The notes: generated from the sequence alone by a model not told the origin. 64,000 nucleotides of DNA from Picochlorum sp. SENEW3 (GCA_034226945.1 CP120454.1:558001-622000), one strand, 5' to 3'. Positions 10,401-22,202 are shown, counted from the stretch's first letter. A program made the numbers and translations.

Positions 10401-13400
10401 TTATGCCTTGCCCTGGGTCTGAGCGGCAACCTCAGCTGCAAAGTCCTCTTCCTTCTTTTCAATACCCTCACCGAGCACAAAACGATTAAATCTTCTAACC
10501 TGGATATTCTCTCCGATCTCTGCAATGGACGCCTTGATCACCTCAGCGACAGTCTTGCTTGTGTCCTTGATGAATGGCTGCTCCAACAAGGCCATCTCCT
10601 TGGCAATCTTGTCCAAACGGCCCTGGATGATCTTCTCACGAATCTCTTCAGGCTTGGACTTGAGATCCTCCTTCTCCATCTCGATGGCTCTTTCCTTCTC
10701 AAGCATCTCAGCGGATACATCCTCTGTGGATACCACTGTGATTTGTGGGCATGCAGCAATCTGCATGGCGAGATCGTTTACAAGTTCCTGGAACTTCTCA
10801 CCGCGAGCGACAAAGTCAGTCTCGCAGTTAACTTCTGCCAAGACACCCAATCTAGATCCGGCATGGATGTAAGAAGCAATAGCTCCCTCTGCAGCAATAC
10901 GCCCAGACTTCTTATCAGCAGATGCGAGTCCCTTCTTGCGCAGGAAATCCTTGGCAGCATCAACATCACCTCCGCATTCGGCCAATGCCTTCTTGCAGTC
11001 CATCATTCCGGCTCCTGATGCCTGGCGAAGCTCCTTCACCAACTTGGCAGAGACAGCAACAGCTGGTGCAGCTTCTTCTTTCTTCTCCTCCTTCTTGTCA
11101 TCATCCTTCTTCTCAGCCGCCTTGGCAGCCATGGCGCTTGTTTGAGCCTCAACCTCAGCTGCAAAGTCACCCTTGTCCTCTACCTCAATTCCTTCTCCCA
11201 AATTGAAGCGACCAAATCTTCTGACCTGGATATTCTCTCCGATCTCTGCAATGGACGCCTTAATCACCTCAGCGACAGTCTTGCTTGTGTCCTTGATGAA
11301 TGGCTGCTCCAACAAGGCCATCTCCTTGGCAATCTTGTCCAAACGGCCCTGGATGATCTTCTCACGAATCTCCTCAGGCTTGGACTTGAGATCCTCCTTC
11401 TCCATCTCGATGGCTCTTTCCTTCTCGAGCATCTCAGCAGAGACATCTTCTGTAGAAACCACAGCAATATCTGGGCATGCAGCAATCTGCATGGCGAGAT
11501 CGTTTACAAGTTCCTGGAACTTCTCACCACGAGCGACAAAGTCAGTCTCGCAGTTCACCTCAACAAGGACACCCAATCTAGATCCGGCATGGATGTAGGA
11601 AGCGATGGCTCCCTCTGCAGCAATACGCCCAGACTTCTTATCAGCAGATGCGAGTCCCTTCTTGCGCAGGAAATCCTTGGCAGCATCAACATCACCTCCG
11701 CATTCGGCCAATGCCTTCTTGCAGTCCATCATTCCGGCTCCTGATGCCTGGCGAAGCTCCTTCACCAACTTGGCAGAGATGCCTCCGGCATCTGCCTTGG
11801 CCTCCTTTGCTGGAGCAGCCTCTTCCTTCTTTTCTGGAGCAGCAGCCTTGGCTTCAGTCTTCTCTTTCTTTGCTTCCTTGGTAGCAGTGTCCTTCTTAGC
11901 TGGCTTCTGCACCGACAAACAATGTGATACATATGTCAGTATATATTGTCATGCCCACTCCTGGATGATGGAGGGCACGTTATGTGCTTGTTTCTTACAT
12001 ATGTGCATATTACACAGCATAATATTCAATGTAAGAAACAAGCACTGATTGCCCTCACAGTAGCTTTTTAAATTGCGTATACAGTATTATCCAGGGTATC
12101 AACAGCGTCGCATATAATTGAAGCAAATCATTCATTACCCACCGATTGGAACATATCTCTAGAGATTCCTGCCTCTGCCAGAACATGGGCAAATGGACCA
12201 GACCCTTCTGGAACCTCCACAACTGCATTGTGCAACAAAAAGTTCCATGTGAGAAAACAACACAATCAGGCTCCAAATTCCTGCCAAGTGTACATACCTG
12301 TAGAAAGTCCCTTGGTCTCAATCTCCTTCTGGGCCTTGATCTCATCATCTGTGAGCTGGGTCAAACTGATCTTCTCCCTGTTGATACCTCCAACACGAAC
12401 TTCCAATACATCTCCCTGCTTGAAGTGTGACAAATGGTCTTCAACACCTTCTGGGAGCTTCATCTGGGAAGAGTGAAGCATTCCTTGGAATCCCTCACCA
12501 ACATCAACAAAGACACCGAATGGTGCGACAGATGTGATTGCACCACTGACCGTGTCACCAGCTTTGACTGGAATCTGTGCCTTTGCCTTTCTCTCCTTCT
12601 TCACACGAGCTTGGCGTGGCTTCTGTGTCTTCTCAGTAGACCCGCCTTCTACAGCAGTCTTGGCAGTGAGAGAAAACTTTTTACGATCATGGTCCACACT
12701 GAGAACACGAACAGAAATGTCTTGGCCGACGGTGACAGCATCAGCAACATTTTTCACAAACTCGTTAGAAATCTGTGAAATGTGCAACAGACCATCAATA
12801 TCACAGCCAATATTCACAAAAGCACCAAAGTCAGTCACGGACACAACTGCTCCTGGATACTCCTGGCCCTCCACAAGGTCACCAATTGTCATAGAAGGTG
12901 CTGGACCTGGCTTTGGCTTGCGTCCCCTACCTCCACCGCGCTTTGGTGCAGCAGCAGCAGCAGGGGCCTCAGCAGTGTTGTCCTCCACCTCAGACTCTGC
13001 AGCAGCATTCACATTCAAGGCTGCCTGGCGGTACACCGAGGATTGTCTCCTAGGGCTGCAAGATATACAATTCATGTGAGCCGATATCGTATCCAGGCAT
13101 AGTCCACCAAGAATGTATGGCTACAAGGTCCCAAACAGTCGCTTCTCCGTCCGCCTTCACCGCTTATCCAGGCACACACCTGCCCCATCCAAACCAATCA
13201 CATTGCCCCATCCCACCCCGGAATTCATCATAATACTGTGGTTTATCAATAAAAGCATCGACAAAATGCCCCATGGCCATCAATCACCCATCGCAGCCTT
13301 GATACCCAAAGTTCACCCACAGACGACCTTTTTACAATCCGTCCCATACCACTCACAGATACGTACATTTTAGATTTTGATCCCTTCACATTGGATTTCA

Positions 13401-13547
13401 GGGCCTGGAGGCCGGTGAATCTAGCCTGCAAGGAAATATTTGAGTTAGCGTTGCTGAGCCACACGACACACTCAGCCGCATCGACGGAAAACTTCCTGAT
13501 CCTCATAGCGTTTTGATACATACCTGCGTCAATCTAGAGGAAATCAT
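10401..13547 (-). CDS. PETs: plastid polyprotein of EF-Ts (PETs): transit peptide, two S1 domains (PSRP-7), two EF-Ts domains; 5 exons
   Basis: S1 motifs ([18 protein letters not shown]) are spliced in frame to two EF-Ts units ([30 protein letters not shown]). Confidence 0.93.
10498..11779. repeat. near-identical ~556-bp direct repeat (10498-11053 and 11224-11779) encoding the two EF-Ts units
   Basis: Long identical runs at a constant 726-nt offset. Confidence 0.92.
11971..12056. repeat. intronic inverted repeat (hairpin)
   Basis: Perfect 17-bp arms 11984-12000 / 12029-12045, with outer GAGGGCA/TGCCCTC and inner ATATTA/TAATAT. Confidence 0.9.
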
Positions 13548-13749
13548 TTTAAAATTTTAATGAATACGGCGATGGGGGAAATGGCGCAGTATGCATTCTC
13601 GATTTCTGCAGCATGCAAGTGGCCTTGATGTAATTGTCCGTTACCTTTCCAAGGCCTTGTTTCATGGGAGCAATATCATTAATGAGTACAATGTTCCTGC
13701 TCATGCATGATATCCCCCAGATTGCGGTACTTTCTTTACACGTGTATGG

Positions 13750-16359
13750 TCATGATATTCGAGAAAGGGACCAATTGGTCTCGGGAGACGGACCCATGCC
13801 AATCTCAAGGTGCCATTGGAAGAGATGCATTGCAGGTTCAATGTCATGCATCACAACAATGCACGAGCTATGGCGCTGTACTTGTTTTATGAGGTCGAGG
13901 GATGACTGTCTATCTATGCCAGATGTACTCTCATCGAGAAGAGCAAGAGGCGGTTTATGAAAGAGGACCCTTGCGATGCAAAGCCTCTGCTGCTGTCCAA
14001 ATGACAAGCACTTGGCCCAGTTGTCCATTGTCTCTACTCCATTTGGCAAAGAGTCTACATATCTTGAGAGACCGACGGATCGAATGATCCGATCCAGATC
14101 ATCACTTTCTGGTCTAATAATCCTAGGATAGGAGATGACTTGCCAGAGGGCGCTATCAGGAGGAGGCATGAGAGGGATTTGGGGAAGCAAAACATGTCCT
14201 ACAGGATTCGAGTCCTTTAGCAGGGTGCGACACATGTGCCTCAGGACTGTTGTCTTCCCTGACCCATTAGGCCCACTGACGACAAGGTGTTCTCCCTTAT
14301 GAATGGCCAGGTGCAGTTTCGAGAGCAACAATTTTTGATTGGATGGGTGTGGGATGTTCTCATCTTGCAGCGAGATGAGCATGTTCTCTTGTCTTCCGAG
14401 TGACCCAATTTTCTGTAGCGCTGCTTTGCACTTGTCAGGATCAGCCGTTGTGAAAAATGTCACTGGATATGTATGGGGTCCATACACAGGATGGACAACC
14501 AGAGGGCAGATGTCACCCTGTTGAATTTTATATTTCAGAATGGAGTGAAATGCCTGGACTTCACTCCACAGACTGCCTTGAGCTCCTCGCAATGCTTTGC
14601 CCCTGCAACAACAAACAATGATGCATTCTTAGAATCTTGGTGACATATTTCATTGAAAACGTAAACACAATATAGTCACAGGAAAAGTGCGTACGTTTTT
14701 GGATCAATGGAGTCTGACCAAAAATCATCTCCCAGTTCTGCTGCCATTGCCTTCTCCCAGGCAAGGTAATCATGTAACGATTGATCCATCGATTCATAAT
14801 CTAATATCTGGCTTGGTTGAAGAGTCATACAGCAGGTTATGTGATCCACAGTGTTCAGTGGAGCGCTAGGGAAGATCTCTCGAACATCCTCCAGAAGGCC
14901 ACCATGGATTGATACAATTGAGACCTCCATGGTGAGATGAGGGCTCCCTGAAAACTGGAAAGGTGTTGGTGGGAGCACAATCGTCCCCATATCTGAAAGC
15001 ACAATATGATTGTATTTATTTCTGGTCATAGATGTGTAGAAAATAAGCTAGATCCAATATGGATGCGTGGCATACCTGTAGGAATCAACTCCTGCATCGA
15101 ACTACTGCCTATTTGTGTAGTTTCCCTTTGTCTGTTCACGCTGGCTACCTCTTCAATGGCACCAAACAAACCGTAAATTCTAGAAATTAAGGCGAGCATC
15201 TCCGACACGTATTCTCCAAGGTCGACTAATTCTGTCAATGAGAAGATAAAGGTCAATGTGAAGAATGATGCATTGCTCACAAACTCTGCCCTTGTACCCC
15301 CATCATCCCCACCTTTGCGTCCAAACAGTATGGCAAAAGACACCAACGCGTAATTTAAAATAGATCCTGTATAATCAATGCATTTTGTAACGCCTACAAT
15401 AGCAGATCGTTTCCACACAGATGCATTCTGAGCACGCAACGCCTCCTGCAAAAGCTTGCCAACAGCCATCTTTTCTGCAGATTGATCTTGTTGCAGTGCA
15501 ATATCCGTCGACTGTTCCTTCATTCTCATATGACCTGCTCGGAAATTACCCTCGGCTTGCTCCACCTGTTGAAGCACATGTGCGAGCGGTAATGCAACCG
15601 CCTTCTGCAACACAATGGAACAGCAAAAGAATCCCACCACAAGAGCAACCGCCAGTATTCCAGTATACGTGCTTGTCAGGTATCCATAAAACAATATTTT
15701 TAAAGGGCTTCCAGAGGCCTTTAACAATACGAGAGAAATTGTTGAACACAATTTCTCAATCTCAGATGTTATCCGTTGGTCGCTGTTGTCAACATGGGAC
15801 ACCTGCCCAAATGCATTCTCCTGAAAATACACCACATGGGCTCTATTCGTCAGTCTCTCCCTCCAAATCACCGCACATTTCCCCCTCACAAATTCACTCA
15901 ACGTCATCAATGCTGTATTCATCGCATACAAAATGGCCACATGTCTCAGTATATGGAGAATCTGTGCTTGATCCAAGTCAATTAAAGCCTTGTACACAGA
16001 TCCAGCTATTTTCCCAACTGCACCATACATATTCATCCGTGATGAGCACTCGATAGAGGAATCACATTGACATTATTATTCAACCTACTGTATTTCATGA
16101 GGACCATTTCAGCGACAGATATAGGAATAAAAACCAAAGCTTCATAAGGCTGTACATGCCTGAAAAGTCTTTGTAGATACTGACGATACCGTCTATCGCT
16201 TTGATCGGCATCTATTTCATTATAAAGTCGATCAATCGATATTCTCGGACCTGGCGGTCCAGTGTCGCCTTGTGGGTCCGTCGCAGAAGAATTTGAAGAA
16301 AACAGTGCATATCCAAACTCCTGCCGCAGTCCTTCAGTCCCCAGCAAGGGTCTCTCCAT
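13750..16359 (-). CDS. ABCD-family (ABCD4-like) half transporter with inserted MMADHC/CblD-like domain; 4 exons
   Basis: Exons 16359-16089, 16017-15076, 14992-14695, 14602-13750 join in frame via GT-AG introns. TMD motifs DNSDQRI and EGNFR; Walker A GPNGSGKT; signature LSFGQQQR; Walker B LLDESTSG. Confidence 0.85.
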
Positions 16360-16798
16360 CGTAAATAATTATAATAAAATAAATAACATTGTGAACTGCA
16401 GCCATTCATGGAAATCCATGGCTCTTTCATGAAGAGGCATTCAAATCTGGCAAGTCCAAACCAGATCTTGATTCATAGATTGAACATGCCTGCCATTCAT
16501 AAAACACCAACACTGACTCTCAGGGGTACACCTAGAGTGTATACGTTTACTCAATGTGATGAGCGACCATCTCCAAGAGGGGACTATCCGATGCATCACT
16601 GCAGATGATGATTCCAGAGTGTTGCTTGGCAGAGGGTGGAATTCCACCAGAGAATTTGCTCCTGTCGTTACATTTGCCATGAGGATCAAACCAATGCGCA
16701 ACGCGTCTGTTATATTTAAAAAATATCCAATTGCATTAATTCAGCTTTGATATGCGCAGATGACGCGAATGTAGCAAAGTGGGCCAAAACAACGAATC

Positions 16799-17512
16799 AT
16801 GGCAGAACAAAGGCTTCAAAAAGAACTCAAAAATATCACCAAGGTACGAATTGGATCACACATGTAAAGAGACGACTCTTTACACATATTATGTACTTTT
16901 AAATGGATAATGCAGAACCCATTGCCACATATCAGAGCTCTTCCAAGTCCCACCAACCTTTTGGAGTGGCACTATGTCCTAGAAGGAGACAGTGACAGCG
17001 CATACAAGGGAGGTTTTTATCATGGAAAGATTATATTCCCGCCCTCATATCCTTATAAGCCTCCATCAATCATGATGATAACACCGAGTGGTAGATTTGA
17101 GACAAATGCAAGGCTTTGTCTGTCCATTTCAGATTTTCATCCAGAGTCGTGGAATCCATTGTGGGGTATCTGTCCAATCTTGCTGGGGCTTCAGTCCTTT
17201 TTTTACGAGGATACTATGACCATGGGGTCTCTCAAGGGAGTATCGGATGCAGAGAAGAAGAGGTTGGCGGCCTCTTCGTTAGAGTGGAATGTGAAGAATA
17301 GTATGATGTTTAGAAAATTGTTTCCCGAGTTGGTCGAACGGTTTCATAGCCAGCAGACTCACCAAGAGGGTGTCGTACAGGCAGAAGAGCCGGATGTGAT
17401 AGAAAGTGAGCCAGCAACACAAAGTAAATCGTCGAATATAGAGAGTACGCTTGCCATCGTCATCATAGGTCTCTTGGCCATGTTGATTGCTCGGATTCTT
17501 CTACAGAACTGA
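16799..17512 (+). CDS. tail-anchored ubiquitin-conjugating enzyme E2 (UBC6/UBE2J type)
   Basis: MAEQRLQKE exon; LEWHYVL, YPYKPPSI, RLCLSISDFHPESWNP; C-terminal TM segment. Confidence 0.92.
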
Positions 17513-17551
17513 TTCATCATCATATTTAATACAAAATTGGCATCACATAGG

Positions 17552-18538
17552 TCAAGACGATTTCTTCTGCCGCATTTCCAATTCTTTCTGAAGCTCTTCT
17601 AAGGATATCGCAGACAAGTCTACCATATCGCTGCTGTCAGCAACATCCTCTTGTGGTTCCTCCTCATCTACTGCTTGATGTGTGCTCTCCATCTTGTCCT
17701 CTATGCTCTTGTCAATATCATCCCCAGAGATCTCAAACAGCGGCTTCTGCTCCTCAAAAGACGGAGATTCTTCTTCTATATCCTCGGCCTCAATCTCTCG
17801 AGGAATCCCTTCCTTGTACTTTTGCAGGGTTTGTCGTGCATCACTTGATGCCTGCTGAATGCCTGCAAGAACTGCATTCTCCAATCTATCCTTCTCTTGA
17901 ATTTCATTCTCTAGAAGCTGCATCGCAGCTAATTTCTCCTGCTCCTCCATAGCCTTCATAGACGCCTGCATCGCTTTGTTTGCCTTGGCAATTGCAGGAA
18001 ACCATGCACTGTTATTCTCCACAAGCACAGTCACCCCAAACAGAGAACTGGCTCCTAGGACAAACAGCAACCAAATCCTCCCTTTATTCACCTCTTGCTT
18101 TTTGAATGGCTTTGCTTTACTTTGCATCTGTTCGTACGTCGTAGAATCATATTCAGCTGCCGCCGCAGGCATGTTCAAAGTAGACATATCCATAACACCG
18201 CAAGCTACCAGAGCCATCAGGGCAGAGAGAACTCGCCTCTTCTCCTTCCCAAACAATCTCTCGACTATATGTTTTTCATCTATTTCATTCTGAACGGCAC
18301 AGAGTGCCTTATTCTCCACTACATGGTCATATAGTGCTCCACCTTCACCCCTGTTGGCTCGTGAAAAAAGTCTTGCTCTGCGATCCACACGAATCCTCTG
18401 GGTACTATATCTGGCACATTGTACCGTATCTATGTAATTATTGCAACGAATGCCACCCGTTCGGACAAAAGAGGCAAATCTAGACCCAGATACTGCTCTC
18501 ATTTGACATGTCCCACCACATTTGGGGACAGAAAACAT
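17552..18538 (-). CDS. hypothetical plastid/thylakoid membrane protein
   Basis: Transit-peptide-like N-terminus, hydrophobic segment ending in AAAA, one TM, acidic tail. Confidence 0.65.
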   Translation of the reverse strand: MFSVPKCGGTCQMRAVSGSRFASFVRTGGIRCNNYIDTVQCARYSTQRIRVDRRARLFSRANRGEGGALYDHVVENKALCAVQNEIDEKHIVERLFGKEKRRVLSALMALVACGVMDMSTLNMPAAAAEYDSTTYEQMQSKAKPFKKQEVNKGRIWLLFVLGASSLFGVTVLVENNSAWFPAIAKANKAMQASMKAMEEQEKLAAMQLLENEIQEKDRLENAVLAGIQQASSDARQTLQKYKEGIPREIEAEDIEEESPSFEEQKPLFEISGDDIDKSIEDKMESTHQAVDEEEPQEDVADSSDMVDLSAISLEELQKELEMRQKKSS

Positions 18539-19097
18539 CCTTGAATCGTCCTACAACTCTCTCTGTAGATGTTATGGTAAAAATGCGTTTCTGTTGTGGA
18601 AAAAAATCATATAATAGAGTCGGATGTCTGCACAGCAATCTCCGGTCTAGTCTGTATATAGATACATTAAAACATACTGAGCATGGAACTCTAGAATACT
18701 GTCTGAGTGCAGGCCGTGGTTTAATACGGACAAGTAAATAATCAAATAGTAATACGTAGGTACGTATTTAATGCCATGGTAGAGCCTAAGGATACTGGTG
18801 TGGTCTGATCATGTCATCCGGTCTGGACAATTTCGTTCTACGCTTTCTTGTGTCCATCAATCCCTTCATTCGAGTCTTATATGCGTATAAATTCATTAGT
18901 AATTAGAGTATTCATCATTGGTATCTCTCTGCAGGAGTTTTTGCTGTGTCTAGAACGCTCCAGGGACGAGAGCAAAGCAAAGGAAAGACGGCCGTTTGAA
19001 TATTTTCAATCCGAGTGACGATTGTTGACTGACCTCAATACCTCAACAGATTGTCAGATTGTTCCTTGAGTAGATTTGTCGGAGAGTATTGGACAAA

Positions 19098-20771
19098 ATG
19101 CAGGCTCCTGTAACAGTTTTGCAGACAAATACCAAGAGGGAGTCTGGGAGGAAGGCCCAGTTGGGGAACATCATGGCTGGGAAGGCTGTGGCAGATATTG
19201 TACGGACGACCTTGGGGCCACGTGCAATGTTGAAGATGTTGCTCGATGCGAATGGTAGTATTGTCCTGACGAATGATGGGAATGCTATCCTTCGAGAGAT
19301 TGACGTCTCTCATCCTGCTGCAAAGAGTATCATTGACTTGTCTCGGACGCAGGATCAGGAAGTTGGGGATGGCACGACATCTGTGATTATATTGGCAGGA
19401 GAAATGTTGGGGGTTGCTGAGCAGTTTTTGGAGAGGAATTTGCACCCCACAGTCATCATTCGTGGGTACTTGAAAGCTTTGAAGGATTCCGAAGAGATTT
19501 TGAATGAACTCTCATTCCCTGTGGATGTTGAGAATACGGATGAGATGCTCAAAATTGTCACTTCGTGCATTGGGACAAAGTTTACGCAGAGATTTGGTGA
19601 TTTGATCGGTAGACTTGCTATTGATGCTGTGAGGTGTGTGATGACCAAGCTTCCAAATGGAACACCAGAGATTGATGTGAAAAAGTATGCCAAGATAGAA
19701 AAGATTCCAGGATTGGATATTGAAGACTCCAAAGTGTTGGATGGTGTAATGTTTGAAAAAGATGTGGTGGTCCCAGCACGTATGAGGAGGAAGATTGAGA
19801 ATCCTAGAATCCTGCTGATGGATTGTCCTCTCGAGTACAAGAAGGGAGAAAATCAGACGCAGGTGGAGCTGTCAAAGGAGGAAGATTTTGCGGCTCTGCT
19901 CAAGGCTGAAGAAGATTGGATCAAAGGCGTGTGTGACACGATAGCTTCTTTCAAGCCGGATGTCGTCATTACAGAAAAGGGACTCAGTGATCTTGCTGCT
20001 CATTATTTAACCAAGTCGGGTATCTCAGCCATTCGTAGATTACGCAAAACGGATAATAATCGCATTGCAAGGGCATGTGGAGCAACGATTGTGAACAGGC
20101 CAGAAGAGATAAAAGAATCTGATATCGGAACCAGAGCTGGTTTGTTCGAAGTGAGCAAAATTGGAGATGACTTTTACACATTCATTGTCAACTGCAAGGA
20201 ACCCAAAGCATGTTCCATCATCTTGCGCGGCGCAAGCAAAGATGTGCTGAATGAGGTAGAAAGAAATATTCATGATGCACTCGGTGTGGCGAGAAATATC
20301 ATGATGGACCCAAGACTCGTACCAGGAGGAGGTGCTGTAGAGATGGCTGTCTCTCGCGGTTTGGCAGAGCGTGCCAATGCCGGGGCTGTAGAGGGTCCTG
20401 AAGTCGGGCCATACAAAGCAGTCGGTCAAGCGTTAGAAGTAATACCTAGAACGTTGACACAGAATTGTGGAGCAAACGTCATCCGCACGCTCACCAAATT
20501 GAGAGCAGAACATGCAGAGAAGCATATCAATGTTGGCATCAATGGAACAACCGGCGAGGTTGTTGATATGAAAGAGCTTGGGATCTGGGATCCATACGCA
20601 GTCAGACTCCAAACAATCAACACAGCAGTGGAATGCGCGTGTTTACTCCTGCGTATTGATGACATTCTAAGCGGACTCAAGAAGAAGGATAAGATGGCAC
20701 CTGGTCAAACCAGGGCACCTCAGGTAGACTCGGGTGACAATGTCGACTCTGAAGCCATGCTTCCAGAATAA
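19098..20771 (+). CDS. CCT3: T-complex protein 1 subunit gamma
   Basis: RESGRKAQ, RTTLGPRAMLKML, GDGTTS, LEYKKGENQT. Confidence 0.96.
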   Translation: MQAPVTVLQTNTKRESGRKAQLGNIMAGKAVADIVRTTLGPRAMLKMLLDANGSIVLTNDGNAILREIDVSHPAAKSIIDLSRTQDQEVGDGTTSVIILAGEMLGVAEQFLERNLHPTVIIRGYLKALKDSEEILNELSFPVDVENTDEMLKIVTSCIGTKFTQRFGDLIGRLAIDAVRCVMTKLPNGTPEIDVKKYAKIEKIPGLDIEDSKVLDGVMFEKDVVVPARMRRKIENPRILLMDCPLEYKKGENQTQVELSKEEDFAALLKAEEDWIKGVCDTIASFKPDVVITEKGLSDLAAHYLTKSGISAIRRLRKTDNNRIARACGATIVNRPEEIKESDIGTRAGLFEVSKIGDDFYTFIVNCKEPKACSIILRGASKDVLNEVERNIHDALGVARNIMMDPRLVPGGGAVEMAVSRGLAERANAGAVEGPEVGPYKAVGQALEVIPRTLTQNCGANVIRTLTKLRAEHAEKHINVGINGTTGEVVDMKELGIWDPYAVRLQTINTAVECACLLLRIDDILSGLKKKDKMAPGQTRAPQVDSGDNVDSEAMLPE

Positions 20772-20796
20772 TATAGTAGAAAAGTGCGCAGATGTT

Positions 20797-20806
20797 TTAC
20801 ATGTAA
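20797..20806. terminator. palindromic TTACATGTAA giving a TGTAA poly(A) signal on each strand
   Basis: Lies in the 47-nt gap between the convergent CCT3 and prohibitin stops. Confidence 0.6.
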
Positions 20807-20818
20807 TAATACATCAAA

Positions 20819-21685
20819 CTATCTTCTCCTGGTAATCTCCTCCTGGAGGTCCTTCAAATTCAAAAGCAGAGAATCAGAGGACAGATACACCTTGTTTGTC
20901 GAATTAGAAATCGTTCCAGCAATTTCTCTCGCGGCTTCAATCTTACGAAGCGTCAAAAACGCTGGATTCTGCTGAATCGCCTGACCAATCAACAATGCAG
21001 ACTCTGCCTCTCCTCGGGCCTTGATAATAGCACTTTCCTTCTCCTGTAATGCCCTCTCCACAATAAACTTGGCCCTCTCAGCCTCCTGCTGTGCAACCTG
21101 CTTCGCCTCTACTGCCCCAGTATACTCTCTAGAAAATGTAAGATTGGTAATAGACACATCATCCAGCACAATATTAAAGTATTTTGCTCTCTGTGTCAGG
21201 ATGCGTCTGATATCCCTCGACACAACTTCACGCATCGTCAACAACTGACTCGCATTATACTGAGCAATGACATTCTTCAACGTTTCCTGGATAATACTGG
21301 GCAAAACCCGTTCCCCATAATCTGTTCCCAAGGTACGATACATCTCTGGCAACTTGGAAGGCACTGGCCTCGTCAACACACGCAACCCAATATTCACCAT
21401 TTGCAAATCATGAGACCCAGATGTCGTCTGAATCACATTTGGTCTCGCCCTAACGTCATAGATGATTGGCTTATCAAACCAGGGAAGCATAAGGTGTGTC
21501 CCTTCTTCGTACACTTTGTCCTTGATACCCACAATCCTATTAAACACAATCGCTCTATGACCTCCCTCAACATTAAATATACTATTTGCTATGCCATACA
21601 CGGCAGCTCCGCCCAATAAGACCACCCGAGCAAGAGCAGACCCAGCTCCTCCTGACGGCATCTTTATATTCTTCATATTCTCCAT
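20819..21685 (-). CDS. PHB2: prohibitin (PHB2 type)
   Basis: FNVEGGHRAIVFNRI, DLQMVNIGLRVL, AVEAKQVAQQEA. Confidence 0.95.
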   Translation of the reverse strand: MENMKNIKMPSGGAGSALARVVLLGGAAVYGIANSIFNVEGGHRAIVFNRIVGIKDKVYEEGTHLMLPWFDKPIIYDVRARPNVIQTTSGSHDLQMVNIGLRVLTRPVPSKLPEMYRTLGTDYGERVLPSIIQETLKNVIAQYNASQLLTMREVVSRDIRRILTQRAKYFNIVLDDVSITNLTFSREYTGAVEAKQVAQQEAERAKFIVERALQEKESAIIKARGEAESALLIGQAIQQNPAFLTLRKIEAAREIAGTISNSTNKVYLSSDSLLLNLKDLQEEITRRR

Positions 21686-22202
21686 GATGATCCGTTTCCT
21701 ACCTCAGAAAACCAAATATTATGGCAATATCTCTTCAAGTAGCCCAATGTGTGCTCGTATCGATCAAAAACGGTGTTATATTGTAGAGGCACGCGATGAC
21801 GTCTGGCAAATCAACAACGGTTGTGGGGAAAGGCCAACGTTTTGCACTTTTCTTCTCACTAGATGATTATATAGAATAGATTCTGCACACCGGATGAGGT
21901 TGAAACCCCACATCATGCCATGTATTTGGCAGAGTCGCATTGCCTCTCATCCACGCTCTATCTTCGGTCAAATCTACCATTTGATGGTATTGTACAATCG
22001 ATTTGAAACCTGCTTCCCTCAATAGGAATATGCACATCGCATGACGGTGCAATTCATTTCAATATGTCCCATCTTAAGGATACATTGTTCAAGATTACCG
22101 CATCTGGACTGGGAATGGCGACAATAGCCTCTGCTGCTTGGTTTGTTGGTTTGGGAGGGGCTATTGTAGGAAAACAGAACGACGCGAAGAAGAAGGAGGT
22201 GA

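Noticed and set aside
10332..11744. Long + strand ORFs opposite EF-Ts (similar ones lie opposite eIF5B and ISA3)
   Set aside because: Antisense shadows of codon-biased genes.
18811..19018. Possible small spliced gene upstream of CCT3 (INPF/EFL, vaguely mL53-like)
   Set aside because: No convincing donor site joins the segments in frame.
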